NCBI GenBank assembly: GCA_043228905.1
Contig: JBHGNT010000013.1
Span: 8,866,001 to 8,930,000 of the forward strand
DNA length: 64,000 nt
Direction: 5' to 3'
From: Azolla caroliniana
Lineage: Eukaryota; Plantae; Polypodiophyta
The notes beneath the pieces are model-generated. The model ran no database searches. It was not told the origin of the DNA and saw nothing but the letters and a program-made list of their open reading frames with translations. Below are positions 1-11,400 of the stretch, piece by piece. Each line of letters opens with the position of its first letter. Position 1 is the stretch's first letter. Both the position numbers and the translations under genes were made by a program.

Positions 1-907
1 ATTTGATGTCATTTGTGATGCATACACACCATGCCCAAAAGTGTTACACTTGAAGGAGATATATGACTTTAAGATATATATATCAGATGGGGGTGTTGTG
101 AATGTTAAAGTGCTCACCTAATTAAACAATATAAGCTTCAATCACATTTTTATGATAAAGAAAAATGAAATAAGTGGTTCTACGCTTTTCTATGCCAAGA
201 AATATTCATCTTCTACAAAATGGGAACTTGAAGGCGGTTGCTAGTTCTTACTTTGTATGATGAGTACAATAGTCTATGGAGCTAAACAAATGCCAATTGA
301 GAAAAAATGACAATTGCATAGTGACTTGGTAGAAGAACAACAACAGTTATGGCCCCAAGCCTTAACAGAAAAAAGGAAGCATATTGAGGCCGTAAAGAAA
401 TATGTTGCACAACTAGACACGTCATGGTGGGAAGTGTTTTTTAGTGATAAAAAAGGAATTATTGATAATTGTGTATCTGGTGATAATTGGACTTTGGAAA
501 TGCCGTTCACATGGTCATGTAAATAAAACTCCAGAGCAACCAACTTATGCGAATAATGACAGTTTGGTCCATCCACAACAGAGAGACATTTCTGTGGGAC
601 CAAGGATGACCAAAGCAGTTGAAGCTAGATGGCAAGGAAATTTGCAAGAGCTTACGATGGGGATGTTGATTGCAACACCTGCTAATGACAACTCACAAGG
701 CCACCAATTTTGGATTGGAAAAATTCTACAAGTGTTAATGCATGACATAGAAAACACAATCAAGTAAAAAAAAAAAAGAATTGGTACAACAGTAGAAGTG
801 AAAATGCTTTTACGGGTAAGTATACATTGGAGATGATTGACTGCACGACGACAAGGGAAAGTAGGAAGACGAAGCGAAACATTCGTAACACCTTGACCCT
901 TGATATC
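1..907 (+). pseudogene. Degenerate ORF fragment, possibly the C-terminal part of a DNA-transposon protein, interrupted by an LTR at 908
   Basis: Overlapping broken ORFs 314-526 and 444-767 continue after an A-run as WYNSRSENAFTGKYTLEM. Stops and frameshifts are present. The family assignment is only an impression. Confidence 0.3.
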
Positions 908-1311
908 TGTCAGAACCAAGATAGAAGATAGAGTGACAGAAGAAAGATATAAAGAGATTACAAGAAGAGAGGAATGAAATGATATAAGAGAAGAATGAAT
1001 GTATTAAAGTAGAATGATAAAGGATAGAAGATAGGCGATGAGAGCTTAAGCCTGGTGTTGATTTGAGAATACATGTATGCCGCTATTTATAGGTTGCTAT
1101 AGAATAGCCTAGAGATTTCTATACTATTTTAGAATATTCTAGCATGTTCTAGAATGCTCCAGAGTATTTACAATAATTAGTGTATTACAAGAAGTAGCTT
1201 TTATCATCTCATATGATCATAGACTATCTTAATGGTTGGGTTCTTGATTATGTATTATAAGGTCTTGGGTTCAAGACTAGGTGAAGCCATCATGTTTATG
1301 TATTCATGACA
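908..1311 (-). repeat. 3' LTR of a Gypsy chromovirus-like element
   Basis: TGTCA...TGACA termini. A PPT (minus-strand CTCGAAGGGGAGATAG, 1312-1327) lies immediately internal, followed by chromodomain and integrase remnants. Confidence 0.75.
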
Positions 1312-3531
1312 CTATCTCCCCTTCGAGAACGATGAGTGGAAGTCGGCGTTAACAATGTAGGACCCGGTTTGTTTGGATAGTGGCGATGGAAGTCGTCAAC
1401 AAGAGTGTGGGCATTAGAAACATTATTGACGGGTTCCTAAGTGCGATTACTAATTATTGGGAATGGAAGAGGTGCGAAAAGGTTCCAAAAGAGAGGTATG
1501 AAAGATTGGGTGAAGCCGCATGTGTGCTGGAAGGTTAAGACGAAAGGTTGCATCATTAATCCACTCAATGATGACAAAAGGACCTAAGCGTTGATAATCG
1601 ACTTTCTCACAGGGTCGGGTAGTCTTGATATGACGACGAAGCAACCATACTCGGTCACCAACCTTAAAAGGAGACTTAAGACGATGGCGATCTGCATTAG
1701 TCTTATGTTGTGCTTCAGTTGTCTGAAGATGTGAAGATAATGCTAACTGGATCCGGTGTAGTCGATGAAGCTGATGCTCAGCACTAGGATTTTGTGTGAC
1801 CTCAGGAAGATCTAGGATACACCATCGAGGATGGTTGCCGGTGTAGGCAAAGAAAGGTGTAACCTTGGTAGAAGAGTGTACTGTGTTATTGTATGCAAAC
1901 TCAACAAGATGTAAAATATTGCTCCAATCATCTTGTTGATAATTGATGAAGTAACGAAGATATTGCTCGAGCGTTTGATTTGTGCGTTGTGTTTGTCTAT
2001 CAGTTTGTGGATGATAAGCTGAAGAGAGTTTGCAAGAAATTTTGAGGCCTTCCCATAGGTGCTTCCAAAAATGAGAGATAAATTGAGGACCACGATTGCT
2101 AATTGTATTGTCTAGAAGACCATGATGTCTAAACACTTCACACATAATGAGATCTGCGGTTTCCTGCTTACTGATGCTCTTTACACATGGTAAATCAATC
2201 GACGACAGTTAAAATAGTATCAAATCCTTTTGAAGGTGGTAGATTCATAATGAAATCCATAGAAATAGACTCCACGACTTAGTTGGAGGCGGTAATGGTT
2301 GTAACAAGCCATAACGACGATGTTTGGAAAGTACTTGAACGCTTAAGAAAGTATGGTCTATATGCCAAACTTGAGAAGTGCAGTTTTGACAGCAAACAAG
2401 TTGAATTCTTGGGTTATACTATTTCGTCCACGGGTATCTTCATGGATCCAACAAAAGTCAAAACAATATTGGAATGGCAACCCCCACGTTTTGTTCGAGG
2501 CGTCCAATGCTTCCTCGGATTTGTTAATTTCTATCACAAATTCATATGGAATTATTCAAAGATCATGTTGCCTCTCACCCAACTCACCAAGAGAGATCAA
2601 GCGTTTGTTTGGACTAATGAAGCGGACACGGCCTTTACTCAGCTGAAAAAGGCATTCACATCAGCTCATATCTTAGTGCATAATGATCCCAAAAGACCAT
2701 TTACTATTGAGGCGGATGCATCAAACTTTGCATTGGGGAGTATCCTATCACAACCAGGCAAGGATATGCACTCCCATCCAGTCGCTTTCACTCTCGAAAA
2801 TTTACTGGTACGGAGATAAACTAAGAGGTGCACTACAAGGATTTATTAGTTGCGGTTGACTCTTTCGAGCAATGGCAACATTTCTTGGAAGGATCGCCTC
2901 ATCAAATCATCATTTATAGTGATCACACAAATCTTACGCATTTTCAAATGGCTTGAGTGTTAAATAGGAGACAAGCTTGGTGGGCATAATTTCTAACTCG
3001 TTTTGATTTCAAGATCATTTTTCACCCCTGGAAACAACAAGGGAACGTGGATGCTCTATCTCGACGATCATATCTTGCACTTCGGCATGGAGATCCGGCC
3101 GTCGAGAATCAAAAGCAAATTCTCCTAGGACCATCAAAGCTACAAGCAACAACCGTTTATGCCATGCCGCTTGAATCAAGCCTTGTGGATACTATTCGGC
3201 AACGACGTCACTCTGATGATTTTGCTAAGGATGTCTTAGGCCACATTAGTCCAAGCCATGCATCTTGCTCCACATTGCAAGGGGGGTCATCTCAACTCTA
3301 TCAGGAATTCAAATGGCAAGATGGCTTACTCTTTTACAAGAATCTCCTTTACGTCCCTGATGGATCACCTCACCTTCAAGTATTGGAGCATTATCATGAT
3401 GCCCCTATGGCTAGACATTTTGGTATTGCCAAGAGTCAAGACAATGGAGTCGGTGAAGCGCTCGTTTTGGTGGCCTCATTTGCAAAACTTTGTTGAAGAT
3501 TATGTTTGTATATGTGACACCTGTTGTCAAG
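908..3531 (-). mobile_element. Truncated and rearranged Ty3/Gypsy chromovirus (Tcn1-like)
   Basis: Minus strand 1330-2322 encodes integrase core (SAYHPQTD, RLGPF, HRRYGLLQPLP) and a chromodomain tail (EPVNNVSNAHTLVDDFH). Plus strand 2320-3531 encodes RT thumb (LYAKLEKC, VEFLGY), RNaseH (EADASNFALG) and the integrase HHCC finger (HDAPMARH...CDTC). Confidence 0.8.
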
Positions 3532-3773
3532 CTCTCTCTCAGTCTCTCTCTCTCTCACCCCCTTATCCTCCTCTATAAACATCACGAAACCATGGCTATC
3601 ATCAACTCAGAAGAATATCTCACCCTTGTTGAGGAAATGGAGAATCTTAAATCCAAGTTCGCATCACTCGAATTAGAGAATCAACGTCTTCTTGGGGATC
3701 TACAAAAGGTTACTGTGGAGAAGAAACAACAAGAAGAAGAGTTTACGCGACGGGTGCAACAATTAGAATGTTC

Positions 3774-5332
3774 AATCGTCATTATCTTATATGTGGATGA
3801 CCTAGTCATTGGAGGTGAGAATCTCGTCGAAATCACTAAGATCAAATCCCTCCTTTTCGACAAGTTCGAGATGACGGACATGAAGGAGCTCCACTACTTC
3901 CTCGACATCGAGGTAATTCGGACTCCGGCCGGAATCATGATCTCTCAACGGCACTACATCCTCAACTTGTTATACAAGTTCGGGATGGCTGAGTGCAAAT
4001 CCGCAGCAACCCTGCTCGATCGCAATCTCAAACTAGATGCGAACTCCGGCACCAAAGCGTGTGAGTTGACTCAGTATCGGCAACTCATCGGGAGTCTCAT
4101 CTACCTCACAATCACTCGACCCGATCTCAGTTATCCGGTCGGTCTCCTTAGCCAATTCATGCAAACACCGCGTGATACACACTTGGATTGTGCTAAGCGA
4201 GTTCTACGATACATGAGCGGCACAATGGATTGCGGCATCCTCTACAAGACCGCGATGCCAATACGACTCGAGGGGTACACAGACGCCGATTGGGCCGGCT
4301 ACAAAATCGATAGAAGATCAACCTCCAGATTTGTTTTCTCCCTCGGCAGCGGAGCAATATCCTGGAGTAGCAAGAAGCAGCCTACTATCGCTCTTTCGAG
4401 TACGGAGGCGGAATATAGGGGCGCAGCTGTAGCTGCATGTGAAGTCGTATGGCTCAAGAGGATTTTGAAGGATCTGGGCGTACCCATCAAGGATCCGACT
4501 TCCCTTTACTGCGACAACATGAGCAGTACCTATCTGGCTCGGAACCCGGTGTTCCACACGCGGACAAAGCACATCGAAGTGCACTATCACTTCATCCAAG
4601 AGCACGTTCTAGCTGGCGATGTCGACCTACAACACATTAGCACCAATCTTCAAACGGCCGACATCTTCACTAAAGCCTTAGGAGCCGACAAGCTATGGCA
4701 ATTCATGACCGATCTCGGATTGACGATCCCTGACCTGCCAAGCTTGAGGGGGAGTACTGAAGACACTACGCAATAACGCGTGGATTCTGCAACCACGCAA
4801 TGAAGCAGTGAAGAGCCGATCTACCGTGCAAAGCCGCGAAGAAAGACGCAAGCCGAAGCACAGACTTCGCAACTACGCACGCAAGCCGAAGCACAGACTT
4901 CGTAACTACGCACAACGCAAGTTGGAGCACGGATTCCACAACTCCGCATAAAGCGAGCCAACACGGACTCCGGAACGCGAGTTGAAGCGGATTTCGGATA
5001 CCGTCTGAAACCGACCCGACTTGAGCTTGAGGGGGCGTGTTGAGAATCAAGCTCAACTTGGTCTAGTGTGTGAACTCACCTTGAGAGTGAAGAGACACTC
5101 CAACGGTCAAGAGTCACCATTATGTCACCACTTTGTATTCTAGCATTTAGTATGAGTCATAGAATCATATTCTATGACACATAACTTATGAACTTTCACA
5201 TTCCCCATGCTCCATGAGGCTTGTAGTTAATGAAGAGAGAGGGTGACTACATAAAGCACCCTCCTCCCACCTTGTATAATGTTGAGTCTTTCTCCTTTGT
5301 CAATATACTTTTACCTTGCGTATTCTCTGTGT

Positions 5333-5396
<64 letters not shown>

Positions 5397-5432
5397 GAGA
5401 CACTATACAAGAATGATCAATCGTCTTTTACA
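3774..5432 (+). mobile_element. 5'-truncated Ty1/Copia element (RT C-terminus, RNaseH, PPT, 3' LTR)
   Basis: ORF 3490-4776 contains LYVDDL, TRPDL, GYTDADWAG, SSTEAEY and RTKHIEVHYHF. PPT at 5026-5037; LTR 5038-5432 TGTTGAG...TTTACA. Confidence 0.9.
5038..5432 (+). repeat. Copia 3' LTR containing (CT)n at 5337-5394
   Basis: TG..CA ends, follows a PPT, and is clearly homologous to the solo LTR at 33315-33771. Confidence 0.85.
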
Positions 5433-8417
5433 ACGTTAGGTTATCGCTTATATACTAAGCGCTAACTATATGGATGAGTTCACACTAGATACAAAGTGGA
5501 AGGAGTCGGTCTTTTATGCCAACAAACTCCCCCGTAAAATGACTACTTTTTCCTACATGTACATGTGTTTGGGGTTGTCTCCCCCATAAACCTAGATTAT
5601 GACACTAATCTAAATTTATGTTACAAGTCGGTCGGCATATAGCCGAGTCGGAAACGGTGAGGTCCGTGTCGAGCGTAGCATGGCTCGTTATCATGATTGA
5701 TTCGGTCGACTCTTACCTTCTACTCCTCATTCAGCTTTCTTCTGCTCGGTCGCTTATCATAGTCCCATTTTTGTCCTTAGTGCTCCGAAGCGTTGATTTG
5801 GGAGTGGCTTTGTCAGGCAATCGACAATGTTCACCTCAGTGTCGATCTTCCAGACTTCGAGTTTCTTTTCAGTTATGAGCTCCTGGATGTGATGATACCG
5901 CACCTCAATATGCTTTGTCTTTGCGTGATAGACAGGATTGTTGATGAGGTGAATTGCGCTCTGTGAGTCGCAATAGACGGTCGGCTCTGGTCGGTCGATT
6001 CGCCTTGTAGATGAGAAGTCAGCAGACAGTCTGTGTAGCCAGATCGCTTCCTTCGTTGCCTCTGATGTTGCTATGTACTCGGCCTCTGTGGTCAACAGGG
6101 CCATGCACTCTTGAAGCTTCGACCTCCATACTATCGCACTGCCACCATAGGTGAAAATATAGCTTGATGTTGACTTCCAATTGTCAATATTTCTAGAATA
6201 GTCAGAGTCAGTATAGCCTTCAACTTCGGCTAAGGTTGTCAAACCGAAAGTCAGTTGTGTATCTTCAGTCCCTGAAGATGTCCTTGACAGCCTCCCAATG
6301 CTTTCGTCCTAGATTTGACATGTACCGGTTGACCACCACTACGGCATAGGCTAGGTCAGGGCGGCTCGCCACCATTGCGTACATGATATGTCCTACGGCC
6401 GATGCATAGGGCATCTTTCCATTAAGCTCGCTCTCCTTGTCCATTGAAGGAGAGTCTTTGTCCGATAGTTGGATCGATGTCAAACACGGTGTTGGTGTTG
6501 GCTTCGCATTCTCCATGTTGAAGCGCTTCAGCACCTTTCGGATATAGTCAGACTGGGAGAGTCAAAGAGTCTTGGTCATCCGATTTCGCTCAATCCTCAT
6601 GCCCAGTATGTGACAGGCTTGTCCGAGTTCCTTCATCGCAAACTTGTCATGAAGGCTCCACTTCAGCTTTCCGATCTCCGCTTGATTGCGTCCTGCGATC
6701 AGCATGTCGTCGACATATAGGATCTGGTAAATCCTAGACTCGTCGGCCCGTTGCTGAATGTACATACATGGGTCGGAGTCTATTCGGCGGTATCCAAGTT
6801 GCCTGGCGTATGAGTCAAACTTCTGGTACCACATCCTCGGCGCTTGTTTTAAGCCATAAAGGCTTTTCTTCAATCGACATACGAGGTGGCTTTCCTCCCC
6901 CGTCGTTGTGAAGCTTGCCGGTTGAGACATGTAAGTGTCTTCTTCCAAATCTCCGTGTAGGAATGTTGTCTTTATGTCCATCTGCTCAAGCTCTAGATCT
7001 TCTATCGCCACAACTCCTAGTAGGAGTCGGAGGGTGGTCATCTTGACTACTGGTGAGAATATCTCGTCATACTCGACCCCATATTCTTGTTTGAATCCTT
7101 TTGCAACGAGCCCAGCTTTGTACTTGGGTTTGTCGAAGTTAGATTCATATTTGTATCGGAAAACCCATTTGCAAAGTAGCAGTTTTCTTCCAGCTGGTAG
7201 TTCGACCAACCCCCATGTCTGATTCCTGTGAATCGAGTCCATTTCGGATTTCATGGCTTGTAGCCATGTATCAGCGTTCGTTGCGGCCATAGCTTCTTCA
7301 TAAGTGCTTGGTTTGCCTGCATTGGTGTAGCTGACGTAGTCAAGGCGAGGTTGATAGAACTTTGTTGGCCTTCAAGCTCGTCTAGGTCTCCTGGGTGCCA
7401 AAATAAGTGGTTCGGATTCTTCGATTGGCTCTGTTGGTCGATCGGTATTTGTTGAACCATTTGTGTTAGGATTCTTGTTAGGTGACCCGCCCCCAAGTTG
7501 GGATTTCGGTGGTGTCACGTTGTCCTCCCCTATGGACTTTGTCGACTCGATTTTGTTTCCAACTCGCATCTTGTTGACTTTGCCTTGTTTGACTCTTGTC
7601 GAATCGGCTTTGTTTTTTATGGCGTTGTCTTCGAGTTTGACTAGTGGACCTCCTACCGATTCGGAGTCGGTAGGTATGTTGTTGGCTTGGTCGAGTCTGA
7701 CTGTTTGAGAAATCTCTGAGTCGGCCCAGTGGGTTGGTCCTTCTATGACGTCTCTTTGAAGGATACCTTTTTACCAACTATTTTCTATTGGTTCCGCTAA
7801 GAGAAGATAGAGTCTTTCATTCAAGACTACGTCACTGTTCCGGATTAGTTTCCGGTTCTCAGGGTCCCATAGCCGGTAGCTGAAGTCCCCATCGGTTCCA
7901 TAACCAAGAAATATGCATTTCGTCGCATGGGGTGCCAACTTGGTCCTTTTCTACCTAGGGATGAATGCGTAGGATTCGCACCCACATATACGGAGCCTAT
8001 CGTAGGTCGGTTTTTTGTCTAACCATAGTGCTTGTGACACTTCGAGGCTAATTGCTTTCGATAATGATAGATTTACCAAGTATACTGCCATCTGCAATGC
8101 CTCAACCCAAAACTCCAGATTCAGTCTAGCTTGTTGGAGCATTGTCGTCACCCTCTCCTGAATCGTTTGGTTGATCCGTTCTGCAACTCCATTCTGCATG
8201 GGTGTGTAAGGAACGATCTTTTGATGCCGAATCCCTTTGTTGGACAAGTACTACTCGAAGGCTCTGGAGGTATATTCGCCTCCGTTGTCGGATCGGAGTG
8301 TCTTCACTCTGTGTCCCCACCGGTTCTCCACTTCAAATATCCACCAAGTGAAGACCTCGAGTGCTTTGTCTTTGGACCTGATCTAGTAGGCCCAGACCTT
8401 CCGTGTACTATCATCTA

Positions 8418-11400
8418 TGTAAAAAGTAGCGTGCGAAAGAAAGTATGAAGATCGAACAGAAGGAAGGAAACTCAGGTTTAATGGAGAGCTTGAGCTTACA
8501 CAGTATACGCGGGAGAGACAGAGAGAGTGAGAGAGAAGACACTGAAAAAATGTATTCAAGAAAAAACAACAATACATATATGTGTTCAATGAACACTTTG
8601 TACAAGTCCTAGAAGGACTGACCGAAGTACTGACAGTACTTCAATGCTCATTAAGAGCTCCTACACTAACTCCCAAATATATTCCTCACGGAATATCTTT
8701 CCTAACGGCCTAACCGATCGGTCCCAACCGATCTGGTCCTCGGCTTCTTCAGCCGATCCGGCCGATGTTGAGCTTGTCTCTCAACACTCCCCCTCAAGCT
8801 CAACTTGAGGCTCTTCGGGATCTTTGGGCTCACAGCTCCTATTCCTCCTGGCTTCACGCCTCGCTCACGCTCCTCGACCTGTTCGACTCCGCGCGCTTCA
8901 ACCCTTCCGGTCGGCTTGTCTGCTCATGTGGCCCTTATCAGCTCTTCTGTTGTTGCAGTGTCGACACTTCTTCTGCTGCCTTTTCTTCCGCTTGGGCCTC
9001 GGTTGATTCAACATGTCTGAATCAAACATCCGAACCGTCTCGGCTACCTCCGATCGGTTTTCGCTCTCGTCCGAGTTGGCTGTCTCCAACTCGTCTTCGG
9101 TCTTCTCGCCCTCGATGGCGTCATCTTCCCTATGCGTGGTTGGCTTCGGCTCTCTCCTTCGGCTGCTCCTCTTCTGTCCGCTTCCGGACTTTTCCGCGGG
9201 TCCGTCCTCGGCTTCTTCAGCCTATCCAAAGACAAACTCGACAACCGACTCGGTGTCGCGGTCTCTGCTCCTTTCCTGCTCCCTTGCTTGGTCGTTCGGG
9301 ACTGTTCTCCCCCTCAAGTTTGGCACGTCGAGGTGACGCAATCCGAGCGCACCTGAGAATTGCCGCAACTTGTCTAGACCAAGAGACTTGGTGAAGATGT
9401 CGGCAATCTGCCGATCCGTCGGAACGTACTGAAGTTCGACTTCACCAGAAAGGACACGCTCACGGACGAAATGGTAGTTCACCTCAATGTGCTTGGTCCG
9501 TGCGTGGAAAACGGGGTTCTTCGCGAGCTGGATGCTGCTGAGGTTGTCGCAGTAGATCGTCGTCGGATCTGACACCTCCTCTTGCAAGTCCTTAAGTAGT
9601 TGCTTCAACCATATGGCTTCGTATGTCGCGGCAGCCGCTCCTCGGTACTCAGCTTCGGTGCTCGACAGTGCAACTATCGGCTGCTTCTTATTGCTCCACG
9701 CGATCACGGCACTCCCAAGGGAGAACGCGTATCCAGACGTGGATCGGCAATCAGCGGCATTGACAGCCCAATCAGCATCGGTGTAGCCGACAAACTGCTC
9801 GGCTGCACCGGTCCGATATAGCAGTTCGCGGTCCTTAGTGCCGCTTACGTACCGCAGTACGCGTTGCGCACACTGAAGGTGCTCCTCGGTAGGTCGCGCC
9901 ATGAACTGACTGATCACCCCGACCAGATAACTGAGGTCGGGTCGGGTGATGGTCAAGTATATGAGGCTTCCGACAATTTGTCGGAACCTCGTCGGGTTGC
10001 ATACCTTTCCCGTATCGGGACGAAGCTTGACGGTTTTGTCCAGAGGAGTCGAGACAGACTTACAGTCGGCCATCCCGAGTTTGAAGAGCATACCCAGCAC
10101 GTAATGACGTTGGCTGATCAATATGCCTTCGGGGGTACGGATCACTTCGATCCTGAGGAAGTAATGAAGGTCCCCCAGATCCTTCATGTCGAACGATGCC
10201 GCAAGCTGGAGCTTCACGCGGTCGATTTCACCTAGGTCGGCGCCGGTGATGACCACATCTTCAACATACAGTAATATACTAACCGGTCCAAGTCGACCTT
10301 TCCGGATGAACAGGGAAGGGTCCGATTTTGTCGTGACGAAGCCCATCCGACGCAGTTGTTGCGTGATCTTCGCGTTCCAGGCACGCGGGGCTTGCTTCAG
10401 TCCGTAAAGGGACTTCTTTAGTCGGCATACTGCCGAGGAGTTCGTTCCAGAGTGAAATCTGGGGGGTTGTACCATGTACACCTGTTCCTCAAGGTCACCT
10501 TGCAGGAACGCATTCTTTACATCCATTTGATGTAGGTGCCACCCCTTGGCCGCGAGTACTGCGAGCAAAACACGGACGGTCGTCATTTTCGCGACCAGCG
10601 CAAATGTCTCATCGTAGTTGATGTCGTGTTTCTGCACGTAGCCCTTTGCCACTAGCTGAGCCTTGTACCGGTTGACCGAGCCATCGGTGTTGTACTTGAC
10701 TTTGTACACCCACCTACACCTGATCGGTTTTACCCCTCTTGGTGCGTCAACCAGGTCCCAGGTCTCGTTCTCCGCCAATGTGTGCATCTCTTCCTCCATC
10801 GCGGCACGCCAAGTCGCGTCTTTAGCCGCTTCTGCGTAGCTCTCCGGCTCACGCACTTCCGCTACACGGGTCATGTACGCATAATGATGCGCCATGTACT
10901 CGTTGTATCCGAACCGCGAAACAAGATTCTTCTGGCGGGTAGATCGGCGTAATCTCGCATTAGCCGATGTCGAGGCCTTCTCGGTCGACGCGGACTTCAC
11001 TTTTAAAGACCCGTCACTGGTTCCCTCAGAGTCGGACTCGCATTGGTCTGACTCGTTCCTATCCGTGCCGGAATCCGACACCTTCTTCTTCCCTTTCTCT
11101 TTGCGCGTAAGCCGTCTCCTCAGCTTCCTGCGCGGGGAATGCATGGCCGAGTCTCCACTACTCGCCGGCTCTTCATCGGACTGGTCGTACTGACTCAGTC
11201 GTCCAATCCGTCCACTTAAACGGAGTGACATCAGACTCTCTTCGCGGGTCTCGATTTCGGCTCATCCGGAGGCATCTCGGCCTCGCTGACCTCATCGTCA
11301 TAGCTCGGATTGCGGGCAAGGTTCGAAGTCGGGGGCAGGTACCAGGACGTGGACTCGTCAAACACATCATCGCAGCTGACACGCGCTTGTTTGGTGCGAG

